Shown: positions 47,664-56,338 of the stretch, one piece after another
Numbering within the stretch: position 1 is the stretch's first letter
Layout: each line of letters starts with the position of its first letter
Notes under the pieces: generated by a model
Database searches by the model: none
Told to the model about the DNA's origin: nothing
What the model saw: only the letters and a program-made list of their open reading frames with translations
IMG/VR virus record: IMGVR_UViG_3300009050_000003
Location: 1 to 59,870 of that record
DNA: 59,870 bases
Source of the DNA: a virus
Taxonomy: Duplodnaviria; Caudoviricetes
Reading direction: 5' to 3' (one strand)
Translations under genes and position numbers: made by a program

Positions 47664-47875
47664 ATGATGCCACATACGTCTCTATAATCTATCAACTACT
47701 TGATACTAAGTGCGATAAAAACAAGCTTGGGCCTGGAGTTAAAGAATTCTTGAGAGGTTTAGAATTAGAAATGGAGGTTATCCGTTGGGATGACCCTAGT
47801 ACAGCAGACTATATAATGCACTATGCAGATGTAGTTTTAAATGACAATGAAGAGATTCGAAAAGGAATGCACTAA
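47660..47875 (+). CDS. Hypothetical protein
   Basis: ATGA overlap. Confidence 0.55.
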   Translation: MNDATYVSIIYQLLDTKCDKNKLGPGVKEFLRGLELEMEVIRWDDPSTADYIMHYADVVLNDNEEIRKGMH

Positions 47876-48159
47876 TGACTAAAATTGAAAATTACTTTGA
47901 AAGTGTTGTTTTGAAGTTGATTAAAACTAAAGAACACTTTGATGCTTTTGTCAGTAACCCTGACGTTCAAAAGAAATTTAACGAAAACGAGATTGAAGAA
48001 CTTCGTGAGATGTTCATTGATCATATGTTTAATGATGATGAAGATGATGAAGAACTTGTAGAATATGTATTTGAAGATGTAGAGGAAGATGATGAAGATG
48101 ATGAAGAACTTGTAGAATATGTATTTGAAGATGTAGAGGAAGATGAAGAAGATGAGTAA
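47875..48159 (+). CDS. Highly acidic protein with an internal duplication
   Basis: DDEDDEELVEYVFEDVEE occurs twice. Confidence 0.65.
   Translation: MTKIENYFESVVLKLIKTKEHFDAFVSNPDVQKKFNENEIEELREMFIDHMFNDDEDDEELVEYVFEDVEEDDEDDEELVEYVFEDVEEDEEDE
48034..48141 (+). repeat. Exact 54-bp tandem duplication
   Basis: 48034-48087 is identical to 48088-48141. Confidence 0.9.
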
Positions 48160-48490
48160 TTCTGTTCAAATTGATGATTTTAAAGATGAAGGATTTAGAT
48201 ACACACCTGAAACACTAACGGAGGCTATGCTTCAGGATCACACAAGTTATCTAGAAATAATCACTGATACAGTTATCAGAGTTGGTTACTACAATAAACC
48301 TAATGAGTTCAACTATGCAGAAGAACTAGCTAACTGGCTTGAAACTGTAACTACTTATACTGATAAACAAAAACTCACCATGCTTTATTTCTTCTGTGTT
48401 GCTAAAGGGGCATCTGAAGTTGAAAAGTTTGTAGCATGGTCTTTTGGAGATAATACTGGAAATAAACCAAGTTTTTTACCAACAACTTAA
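48152..48490 (+). CDS. Hypothetical protein
   Basis: ORF MSNSVQIDD...; start could be 48143 or 48152. Confidence 0.6.
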   Translation: MSNSVQIDDFKDEGFRYTPETLTEAMLQDHTSYLEIITDTVIRVGYYNKPNEFNYAEELANWLETVTTYTDKQKLTMLYFFCVAKGASEVEKFVAWSFGDNTGNKPSFLPTT

Positions 48491-48500
48491 GGAGCTAGCT

Positions 48501-49472
48501 ATGCTTTTCGAAGAACAAATCTCTCGCAAACCTGACTTGTATCCGTGGACTAAACAATTTATTGATGCTATCTGGGAAGGTTTCTGGACCCCAGATGAAT
48601 TTAAGTTTACATCGGATTATGCGCAGTTTAAAACAGAACTAAATAAAGAAGAACAAGAAGTGATTGTTCGTGCATTGTCGGCTATTGGTCAAATTGAAGT
48701 AGCTGTGAAAACTTTTTGGGCTGATATTGGTCGGCATATGCCACATCCCTCTATCCGCGACTTGGGTTTTGCTATGGCTAACTCTGAAGTAATTCATAAC
48801 TTGGCTTATGAAAAACTTCTTGACGTACTACACCTAACTCATGTGTTTGAAGAAAATCTAAATGAAGAAGTAATTAAAGGTCGTGTTGATTATCTTAAGA
48901 AATATCTTGAAAAGGTATATCATGATGATCGTAAGCAGTATATCTATGCTATTACACTATTTACTCTTTTCGTTGAAAACGTAAGCTTGTTTAGCCAGTT
49001 CTACGTTATTCTCCACTTTAACCGTAATCGCGGTGTATTGAAGGATTGTGCTCAACAAGTACAATATACTCGTAACGAGGAAATGCTTCATGCTCAAGTA
49101 GGTATTAAACTTATTAATACACTTCGTGAAGAGTATCCCGAATTGTTTGATGCTGAACTTGAATCTCGTATTCAAGGTGAATGTATGGTATCATTGTTCT
49201 CTGAGTCTAAAGTAATCGATTGGATTATGGATGGTTATGAGACAGACGGTCTTTCTGCCGCTATCTTGAAAGAGTTTATCAAGAAGCGTATGAAAGAAAG
49301 TCTCGGACAAATTGGCTTTGATCACTCTATGATTGAAGTTAATGAAGAACTAGTTGAAGAAGCTTATTGGTTTGATGAGGCTCTGTTGGGCTCAACTATG
49401 AGTGACTTCTTTTATAAACGCCCTGTTGAATATGCAAAAGGCAAAGCTGTAGATGTTGATGATCTGTTCTAA
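48501..49472 (+). CDS. nrdB: Ribonucleotide reductase class I beta subunit
   Basis: FWTPDE, SEVIHNLAY, ENVSLFSQF, RNEEMLH and DFFYKRPVEY motifs; AAGGAG RBS before 48501. Confidence 0.93.
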   Translation: MLFEEQISRKPDLYPWTKQFIDAIWEGFWTPDEFKFTSDYAQFKTELNKEEQEVIVRALSAIGQIEVAVKTFWADIGRHMPHPSIRDLGFAMANSEVIHNLAYEKLLDVLHLTHVFEENLNEEVIKGRVDYLKKYLEKVYHDDRKQYIYAITLFTLFVENVSLFSQFYVILHFNRNRGVLKDCAQQVQYTRNEEMLHAQVGIKLINTLREEYPELFDAELESRIQGECMVSLFSESKVIDWIMDGYETDGLSAAILKEFIKKRMKESLGQIGFDHSMIEVNEELVEEAYWFDEALLGSTMSDFFYKRPVEYAKGKAVDVDDLF

Positions 49473-49486
49473 TAAAGGAAATAAAA

Positions 49487-51163
49487 ATGAACTTTGAATG
49501 GTTGAATAAAGACTCCCGTAAATTTCTTGATGCGGGTTATTTGAAAGAAGATCAAACACCTGAAGAGCGTATTCGGGAAATTGCAGATACAGCTGAAAAA
49601 ATTCTTGGTATTGAAGGATTTGGAGATAAGTTCTATGACTACATGGGAAAAGGTTATTATTCGTTGTCATCACCTGTTTGGGCCAACTTTGGCAATGATC
49701 GAGGGCTACCTATATCTTGCAATGGTGTTTACATTGCAGACGAGATTTCCTCTATTCTAAACAAGGCTTCTGAAGTAGGTACACAGACTAAATACGGTGC
49801 AGGTACTTCTGGTTACTTCGGTGATATTCGTCCTCGTGGCTCTAAAATCTGGACTGGTGGTGTAGCTGATGGTCCAGTACACTTTATGAACATCTTTGAG
49901 ACAATGACTGACGTTATTTCTCAAGGTAATGTTCGTCGCGGTAGCTTTGCTGCTTATCTTGATATCGAACATCCTGACGTTGAAGAGTTTCTTGAACTTC
50001 GGGAAGTAGGTAGTAAGATTCAGAACATGAGCCTTGGTCTGTGCATTTCTGATGCTTGGATGGAAGAAATGATTAAGCAAGGTGAAATGCAGAAAGAAGG
50101 AAAGTTTGACTATCCTAAAGACAAGCTAAAGCTTTGGGCTAAGGTTCTTCGTAAACGTAAAGAGTCTGGTTATCCTTATCTGTTCTTTACCGATACAATT
50201 AACAACAACAAACCTCAAGTTCTTAAAGACCAAGATCGTAAGATTTACGCTTCTAACTTGTGCTCTGAGATTTGCTTGCCTTCAAATGAAGATGAGTCGT
50301 TTGTTTGTAACCTAGCATCGATGAACATGTTGTTCTTTGATGATTGGAAAGACACTGATGCAGTAAAAGTACTGACATACTTCCTTGACGCTGTTATGGA
50401 AGAATACATTGAGAAGACTAAAAATGTTCCTCTCATGGTTTCTTCTAATAACTTTGCTAAACGTTGGCGAGCATTGGGTATCGGTCAGCTTGGTTGGCAT
50501 TCTTACTTGCAAAGCAAAATGATTGCTTTTGAATCTTTTGAAGCAAATCAGCTTTGTGCTATTAGCTCTAAAATTATCGATGAGCAATCTCTGGAAGCAA
50601 CCAAAGAATTGGCTGTAATGTTCGGAGAACCTGAAAGCATGAAAGGTACAGGGGAACGTAACTTGACCCGTACTGCTATTGCCCCTACAACTAGTAGCTC
50701 GTTTATCCACGGACAAGTCTCACCTAGTATTGAACCTCTGCGTTCTAATTACTTTACTAAAGACTTGGCTAAAGGTTCGTTTACTTACAAGAACCCTTAT
50801 CTTCAAAAGCTTCTGGCAGAAAAAGGCAAAGATAACAAAGAGGTATGGCACGAAATCCTAATTAAAGACGGTTCTGTACAGCATCTTAACTTCTTAACGC
50901 AAGAAGAAAAAGATGTGTTTAAAACTTTTGACGAGATTGCCCCAATTAATATTGTACAGCAAGCTTCTATTCGTCAGAAGTTTATCGATCAATCTCAATC
51001 ACTAAATATCATGATCCCACATACAGCAGCTATTAAAGATGTTAACTCGTTGCTTATTGAAGGTTGGCGTTTAGGTGTTAAAACTTTCTACTATCAACGA
51101 TCGTCTAATCCTGCTCAAGAGTTGGTTCGTGATATTATGACTTGTGCTGCTTGTGAAGCTTAA
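49487..51163 (+). CDS. nrdA: Ribonucleotide reductase class I alpha subunit (short, no ATP cone)
   Basis: GLPISC, SQGNVRRG, SNLCSEI, VCNLAS, AIAPTTSSS, QSQSLN, KTFYYQR and a C-terminal CAACEA. Confidence 0.95.
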   Translation: MNFEWLNKDSRKFLDAGYLKEDQTPEERIREIADTAEKILGIEGFGDKFYDYMGKGYYSLSSPVWANFGNDRGLPISCNGVYIADEISSILNKASEVGTQTKYGAGTSGYFGDIRPRGSKIWTGGVADGPVHFMNIFETMTDVISQGNVRRGSFAAYLDIEHPDVEEFLELREVGSKIQNMSLGLCISDAWMEEMIKQGEMQKEGKFDYPKDKLKLWAKVLRKRKESGYPYLFFTDTINNNKPQVLKDQDRKIYASNLCSEICLPSNEDESFVCNLASMNMLFFDDWKDTDAVKVLTYFLDAVMEEYIEKTKNVPLMVSSNNFAKRWRALGIGQLGWHSYLQSKMIAFESFEANQLCAISSKIIDEQSLEATKELAVMFGEPESMKGTGERNLTRTAIAPTTSSSFIHGQVSPSIEPLRSNYFTKDLAKGSFTYKNPYLQKLLAEKGKDNKEVWHEILIKDGSVQHLNFLTQEEKDVFKTFDEIAPINIVQQASIRQKFIDQSQSLNIMIPHTAAIKDVNSLLIEGWRLGVKTFYYQRSSNPAQELVRDIMTCAACEA

Positions 51164-51178
51164 CTTGAAAGAAAATAA

Positions 51179-51790
51179 ATGCTAGCTGAGAAAAAGACTA
51201 AAACTACAAAGACTAAAAAAGAAGAATCACAAGATTACGTGATGGATGGGCCAGGAACTTACCTTCGTGAAAGCGGAGTTATTATGCTTACTTCCTCTTT
51301 TACTAAATCATCTATTATGCCTCTTTGTGCTCAGGTTTTTGAGTACAATATTATGCCTGAAGAAGTCAAGCCCACTCATATTACTTTAATTATCAATAGT
51401 CCTGGTGGTGAGCTTTCTTCAGCTTTTCATCTTATTGATTTGATTAAATCCTCTGAGATTCCTGTACATACTATTGGATTTGGTACTGTAGCTTCAGCAG
51501 GTCTTATGGTGCTTATGGCTGGTAAAGAAGGAGAGCGAACCTGTACTCATAACACAATTATGATGTCTCATCAATATTCTGGAGGTATCAGTGGTAAAGA
51601 GCATGAGCTAGTAGGTTCCTTTAAGAACTTTGAAATGGTATCAGACATGGTACTTGAACATTACGTAAAGTGTACTGGTCTTAAAGAGCAAACTATCTTG
51701 GATCATCTGTTAGGTCCAACTGACAACTACTTAACACCTGATGAGGCTATTAAGTTTAATATCGTAGATCAAGTCTGGGAGACTTATTAA
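51179..51790 (+). CDS. clpP: ClpP-like serine protease
   Basis: LIINSPGG, GTVASAG (Ser), MMSHQ (His), TDNYLTPDEA...IVD (Asp). Confidence 0.85.
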   Translation: MLAEKKTKTTKTKKEESQDYVMDGPGTYLRESGVIMLTSSFTKSSIMPLCAQVFEYNIMPEEVKPTHITLIINSPGGELSSAFHLIDLIKSSEIPVHTIGFGTVASAGLMVLMAGKEGERTCTHNTIMMSHQYSGGISGKEHELVGSFKNFEMVSDMVLEHYVKCTGLKEQTILDHLLGPTDNYLTPDEAIKFNIVDQVWETY

Positions 51791-52788
51791 TGGTTGATAT
51801 TGAAGAACTCGAAATAGAAGGCTATGAACGCTATCTAAAAGGGTTTAACGAAAAGACTGGTAATAAAATTGAACTAGCAATTTATTCAACGAAGCGTGGC
51901 CCTGCATTAGTAGGGCTGCGTCTTCAACACTTTTTGTTGAGTACAGATGCTAGTAAGCTATGCAGGACTGCTGCTAAGAAAACCGCTTATAAGGCTGCAG
52001 TTGCGGGTCTTAATTATGGTGGAGGTTATTGTATCCTCAATGCAGCTATGGTGACAGATCAGATTATTGAAGATCTTGGCACAATGATTGAGTGGCTAAA
52101 TGACACAGGTACACGCGCTATTCTCGCTGTTCCTGACTTTAACATTGGATATTCCGTTCTAGAAAAACTTTCGGAATACACTGCTCATGTTGTAGAGGAG
52201 TACAAACCACAATACAAAGCAGATACAACCTTTGAATGTTTAAAAGCTTATCAACGCTTTACTCAACTAAGTAACCTGTCTGTTAACATTGATGGCTTAA
52301 CTCTTGAAAGTCAACCACTTATTGCTATGGCTAAAGAAGAAGGTTGGGATGTATGTATCTCTAGCTCTGATGAGGAAGAAGGTCTAGCTACAGCTTCTTA
52401 CTATAAAACAGCTTTTGCAAAGCAAGAAGATATTCAATATCTTTCTGGTGTATATGTCCCTATGTGTAATCGAAGGTTCATTGGCCCTACAGTTCTTTCA
52501 GTAACCGATGCTGAAGCAGTTATTGGGCCTAGTTTGATCCAAATTGATAGAGAAGATATTGTAGACGCTCTCTACAATAATAACATCATCTACCTCCCCG
52601 AAATTATTGTAGGTTCAGGAGACTTGATTTCTGCTGCAGAATACCTAGGTAACACGAACACAAAAGAACTAATCGGTTATGCTGCTAAACAAGCTTCTGC
52701 GATTATGCTTGCAGGTACAGCCAACAAACAAAACGTGCTGACTCTTACTAATAAGTTAGCTGAAGATATTATTAATGGAGAAATGTAA
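51790..52788 (+). CDS. Degenerate Glu/Leu/Phe/Val dehydrogenase-like protein
   Basis: AIYSTKRGPALVGLR, YKAAVAGLNYGGGYCIL, I.YLPE.IVGSGDLI. The catalytic GGGK and Rossmann GxGxxG motifs are not intact. Confidence 0.65.
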   Translation: MVDIEELEIEGYERYLKGFNEKTGNKIELAIYSTKRGPALVGLRLQHFLLSTDASKLCRTAAKKTAYKAAVAGLNYGGGYCILNAAMVTDQIIEDLGTMIEWLNDTGTRAILAVPDFNIGYSVLEKLSEYTAHVVEEYKPQYKADTTFECLKAYQRFTQLSNLSVNIDGLTLESQPLIAMAKEEGWDVCISSSDEEEGLATASYYKTAFAKQEDIQYLSGVYVPMCNRRFIGPTVLSVTDAEAVIGPSLIQIDREDIVDALYNNNIIYLPEIIVGSGDLISAAEYLGNTNTKELIGYAAKQASAIMLAGTANKQNVLTLTNKLAEDIINGEM

Positions 52789-52916
52789 TGGCTAAAGTCC
52801 ATAAAGAAAAGGTTAAACATGTTCGTAAACCAAAGCGGACAACTATTGGAAAAGGTAAAGTGAAAACTTCCTCTATGAACAAACATAAACGTCGTCAAAA
52901 AGGAATGAACATCTAA
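52788..52916 (+). CDS. Small basic protein (42 aa)
   Basis: GGAG RBS; RKPKRTTIGKG..KTSSMNKHKRR. Confidence 0.6.
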   Translation: MAKVHKEKVKHVRKPKRTTIGKGKVKTSSMNKHKRRQKGMNI

Positions 52917-53071
52917 TGTCAGATTATAAAGAAGAAATGAAAAAGTTGCCTCTTTGGGGTCAATTTTTAGCTGCTATTTTTATTGTTATACCTATTAACA
53001 TTGTACTACTTTGTGCTAAAGTCTTTATTGCATTGTGGCTTCTTGCTTATTTTGGATGGATGCCCCTCTAA
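52916..53071 (+). CDS. Small membrane protein (51 aa)
   Basis: TAATG overlaps; hydrophobic. Confidence 0.55.
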   Translation: MSDYKEEMKKLPLWGQFLAAIFIVIPINIVLLCAKVFIALWLLAYFGWMPL

Positions 53072-53310
53072 TGACTGATAACGTAGTTGAATTCAAACCT
53101 CGTAAAAAAGTTACAGAAGGTATTGTAGATGCTGGTAACTGGGATCTTCACGATGCTATTCTAGACTTTATTGAAGACAACTTTGAGGAGGGTGGCATTG
53201 CTATCACTATAGATAATGGTGATGTACAAGTTGCAACTGCTCTTAACAGTAATGAAATTGCAGAAGAAGTTCTTCTTGCTGCTTTAGAAGTAATTCGGAG
53301 TCGTTTGTAA
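53071..53310 (+). CDS. Hypothetical protein
   Basis: MTDNVVEFKPR... Confidence 0.6.
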   Translation: MTDNVVEFKPRKKVTEGIVDAGNWDLHDAILDFIEDNFEEGGIAITIDNGDVQVATALNSNEIAEEVLLAALEVIRSRL

Positions 53311-53552
53311 TGTACCTACTAATTACCCGCACGGAATGCCCTTACTGTATCAAAGCTAAAAAGCTTTTGCAAGACAGTAAGACTCCTCATGCCGTAATTA
53401 ACCTTGATAAAGAGACCGAAGAAACTCAACAACAGTATCGGTCTATGTTGAAAGAAACTTTTAATCACAGTACTGTTCCCGCAGTATTTAAACTTGTTGG
53501 TGGCTATAACGAATTAGCCGCTATTGAAATGAACCTAGAGGAATTATTCTAA
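53310..53552 (+). CDS. grx: Glutaredoxin
   Basis: CPYC, TVPAVF and VGGY motifs. Confidence 0.9.
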   Translation: MYLLITRTECPYCIKAKKLLQDSKTPHAVINLDKETEETQQQYRSMLKETFNHSTVPAVFKLVGGYNELAAIEMNLEELF

Positions 53553-53725
53553 TGTCTAATAATGAAACTTTTGAGTTTCTTGGTAAAGTGCTTCGATACT
53601 CGGATATGACCGATCATCAACATTTGCTACTCAGCCTCCTAGTTAAAGCTGAAGAAATGCAATCTACGCTTATCCAAAATCTAAAACAGGAATTCAATAT
53701 CAAAGATGAGCAACAAGACTGGTGA
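53552..53725 (+). CDS. Small hypothetical protein
   Basis: GAGGA RBS; TAATG overlap. Confidence 0.5.
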   Translation: MSNNETFEFLGKVLRYSDMTDHQHLLLSLLVKAEEMQSTLIQNLKQEFNIKDEQQDW

Positions 53726-54122
53726 TACTAAAAGAGGTCGTGGAAGGCCTCCTATTGAGAAAGTTAAGTTAAAGTCTTCACCTCGTTATGCTGTGGAAGA
53801 CTATAACAAAAAATACAAGAACGAGTCAGTTTGTTGTGTTTACGGAATTGATGAGTTTACACTGCTATTGCTTGAAAGCCTATGGCTAAACCCAGAAATT
53901 CTGTTTTATGTAACAGATCCTAACCCCACTATTTTAGCTAATGTAAATAGGAACTTTTCTCAAAGATCCATGTCAATGTATCGTTGGCATGTATCCAGCT
54001 GCAGTGACTTCATTAGCAAACCACCAAACAACTTGATGATTGTTTCTTCTAAACATATTGATCAAGTTAAGAAGCTTCATAACCCTGAAAACGTAGAATT
54101 TATCGTACTAGAGGAACTCTAA
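53706..54122 (+). CDS. Hypothetical protein with an AT-hook-like motif
   Basis: KRGRGRPP at the N-terminus. Confidence 0.6.
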   Translation: MSNKTGDTKRGRGRPPIEKVKLKSSPRYAVEDYNKKYKNESVCCVYGIDEFTLLLLESLWLNPEILFYVTDPNPTILANVNRNFSQRSMSMYRWHVSSCSDFISKPPNNLMIVSSKHIDQVKKLHNPENVEFIVLEEL

Positions 54123-54334
54123 TGCCCGTATCGACTACTGAAACCTTTATCCCTTATGACCAACTGAAACAGTACATTCTTGTTGAGTTTGTAGAACTAA
54201 AAAGAACTGAGCAAGGAATGTTTAGCGACATTATGGTTGTTGAGTATAAAGGAAAAGATTATGAACTTCTTTGGGATGAACATTACTGCTATTATGTAGG
54301 TAAGATTAACGGTGTTGAGGGATTTATTCCTTAA
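54122..54334 (+). CDS. Hypothetical protein
   Basis: Coupled ORF. Confidence 0.55.
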   Translation: MPVSTTETFIPYDQLKQYILVEFVELKRTEQGMFSDIMVVEYKGKDYELLWDEHYCYYVGKINGVEGFIP

Positions 54335-54561
54335 TGCTTTTTGTAAATAATAAGAGAGATAGACTAATGAAGAAACTTGTTAAAGAGAACTGGATAGTTC
54401 GTTACTGGAAATTCCTGAGACATTGGAGAGCACAACGAGATGCCATTAAACAGCTTAATCGACTTACTGATAAGCAACTTAAAGATATTGGAATTAATCG
54501 TAGCGATATCGATCGTCTGGTATGGCTTGAAGAAGATAAAACAATGAGGGGTCGTGGATAA
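54334..54561 (+). CDS. DUF1127 (YjiS-like) protein
   Basis: WRAQRDAIKQLNRLTDKQLKDIGINRSDI; start could be 54368. Confidence 0.85.
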   Translation: MLFVNNKRDRLMKKLVKENWIVRYWKFLRHWRAQRDAIKQLNRLTDKQLKDIGINRSDIDRLVWLEEDKTMRGRG

Positions 54562-54824
54562 TGGATGTTAACTCCATTCAGCTATTAGAAACCAAAGAAG
54601 ATGAAGAAGGTAATGTCATTATGAGTTTTGACATGGATGATGAGTCCTCCAAAATGATGGGTGAGCTAGGTCTTAAATTTCTTCTTTATTGTGGTGCTCT
54701 AGATATTTCCACAGAAGAAGCTTTCGAGATTCTCGGAAAAGAACTCGATAAGAAAAACGAAGAATACATTAAGCAAGACTCTTACGAAGTTGATGGTATT
54801 TATGGAGAAAATCACTATGCTTAA
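54561..54824 (+). CDS. Hypothetical acidic protein
   Basis: Coupled ORF. Confidence 0.6.
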   Translation: MDVNSIQLLETKEDEEGNVIMSFDMDDESSKMMGELGLKFLLYCGALDISTEEAFEILGKELDKKNEEYIKQDSYEVDGIYGENHYA

Positions 54825-54984
54825 AGAGATTATCCTTGGCATTCTTGCCTTCTTTGTTATTATTGCACTTTACACTATGAACAAAGAAACCCAAGCTTAT
54901 AACATGCATAAGATGGAAACTTGTTTGAACCACGGCGGCTCTTACATTGAAGGCCACTGTATTAACCTCTACGAGCCACTCTAA
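54817..54984 (+). CDS. Small membrane-anchored protein with two Cys
   Basis: GGAG RBS; N-terminal TM segment; CLNHGGSYIEGHC. Confidence 0.6.
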   Translation: MLKEIILGILAFFVIIALYTMNKETQAYNMHKMETCLNHGGSYIEGHCINLYEPL

Positions 54985-54993
54985 GGCTCACTT

Positions 54994-55071
54994 TCTTGGT
55001 ATCTTTTCTGGGTTGTCCTTCGGGATGACTTGGGAAGGATACCAAGAGTTACCCCCTTTATTTTTTTTTTT
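54994..55071 (+). terminator. 25-bp UUCG hairpin plus downstream T-run (terminator or RNase III-like site)
   Basis: 54994-55018 pairs fully with 55023-55047 (7 G-U pairs); T-run at 55061-55071. Confidence 0.65.
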
Positions 55072-55085
55072 CGAAAGGAACCACT

Positions 55086-55280
55086 ATGATTACCATCTGG
55101 GTACTAGTTGGAATTCTGGTTACGAGTAACGATGTCTCAGCTACACCTCTGGGAACATTTACTAAGATGGATGATTGTTTTAGAGCAAGAGAGTATATCT
55201 GGAATGATCTCCAAAGGAAAGGTATTGACACGGATAACAAGCAGGTTATTTGTGTTAAGTCTAAATTGAGTGGAGTATAA
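55086..55280 (+). CDS. Small exported/membrane protein
   Basis: MITIWVLVGIL...FTKMDDCFRARE...ICVK. Confidence 0.6.
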   Translation: MITIWVLVGILVTSNDVSATPLGTFTKMDDCFRAREYIWNDLQRKGIDTDNKQVICVKSKLSGV

Positions 55281-55304
55281 ACTCCTTAAAGGTGTGTCTG
55301 AAAT

Positions 55305-55323
55305 AATACCTGACCTTTAAGAT
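55305..55323 (+). promoter_or_regulatory. Phage RNAP promoter-like repeat (late class), upstream of the structured RNA and terminase
   Basis: AATACCTGACCTTTAAGAT. Confidence 0.78.
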
Positions 55324-55508
55324 AGAGACACTCTATTCTAGACGACTTTGCTAAGGTTCTACCTAAGTGATACCCATGGGACTTCTACCGACATCTGAAA
55401 GAAGTATCCCTCATACCCCCCGCTGATGTCACACCAAGAAGCTTACTTTAGCTCCTTTAACGGGGGGTTAATGGGTATCACTTAGGTATCCTTAGAGTAA
55501 GTGTCTAG
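55321..55508 (+). ncRNA. Candidate structured ncRNA: three-way junction with complementary loops
   Basis: 18-bp perfect stem 55360-55377/55471-55488, extended by CTAAGG/CCTTAG and CTAGAC/GTCTAG. Two inner stems. GACATC (55390-55395) is complementary to GATGTC (55425-55430). Confidence 0.65.
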
Positions 55509-55663
55509 GGGGTCTTAAAGGGGCCAAATTGGTCTTATTATTTTTATTTATTATGTAATAAAAACAATGAGTTATTTAGGTACACTTTGGTAGTATTTTA
55601 TTGTTTTGATTAGTAAGAAAAAATTTCGTTTAAATAAACTTTCCCAAATTAAGGAGATTTAAT

Positions 55664-56032
55664 ATGGCTGGTCGAGGAGGAAACTCGAACCCTGTTAATC
55701 AGGAGGGCGGAAGAAAGCCTGGGGCTGGTCGTCCTAAAGGCTCTAAGAACATTAACTCAATGGCTTCTGTTAGGAAGCTTGAACAACTTGGTTTTGATCC
55801 CATCGAAATGATGGTTCAGAAGTATAATGAGATACAAGAGCTGCTAGACAGCGGTTCAGTGAAGATGGGCTCTGGTGCTTATGCTCAACTGACTGCTACA
55901 CAAGGCACTCTGATTAACAACCTTATGGCTTATGGTTATAAGAAGATCCCTGATAAACTAGAGACAGAGGTTACTGAAAAGAAACCTATCAACATTGTCT
56001 TAACCGCCCCTTCAAATAATAACGATAAATAG
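55664..56032 (+). CDS. terS: Terminase small subunit
   Basis: GGRKPGAGRPKGSKN, FDPIE and LMAYGYKK motifs; upstream of terL. Confidence 0.7.
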   Translation: MAGRGGNSNPVNQEGGRKPGAGRPKGSKNINSMASVRKLEQLGFDPIEMMVQKYNEIQELLDSGSVKMGSGAYAQLTATQGTLINNLMAYGYKKIPDKLETEVTEKKPINIVLTAPSNNNDK

Positions 56033-56042
56033 GGATAGAACT

Positions 56043-56330
56043 ATGGAAGAAGATCGTGGCTTATCTGCATGGCACCTCTCTAAGAGCGTTCCAATAACTT
56101 TCATTTTGGCTATTATTATGCAAACTTTTTCTCTTGTATGGTATGTGTCAAGTCTTGATAACAACATTAAAAACAACTCGCGGGATATTATCCGTCATGA
56201 AACTCGTATTGAGCAGCTAGAAAATACTATGCAAGCTCAAGCCTTGACTCTTGTGCGTATGGACGAGAACATTAAAGCTATTCGTCAACTTATGGAACAG
56301 CGTATGAATGAACCCCGCCCAAATCAGTAG
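56043..56330 (+). CDS. Single-TM coiled-coil protein
   Basis: WHLSKSVPI + TM segment + coiled coil ending RMDENIKAIR. Confidence 0.65.
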   Translation: MEEDRGLSAWHLSKSVPITFILAIIMQTFSLVWYVSSLDNNIKNNSRDIIRHETRIEQLENTMQAQALTLVRMDENIKAIRQLMEQRMNEPRPNQ

Positions 56331-56338
56331 TATTACAT

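Noticed and set aside
39624-51163. Introns or inteins in polA, primase-helicase or nrdAB despite nearby GIY-YIG genes
   Set aside because: These genes are continuous and of normal or short length with motifs at expected spacing; the GIY-YIG ORFs are free-standing.
55321-55508. Retron msr-msd or hammerhead ribozyme
   Set aside because: No reverse transcriptase is encoded in the window. CTGAAAGA and CTGATGTC do not fit the CUGANGA...GAAA hammerhead core in the required stem context.
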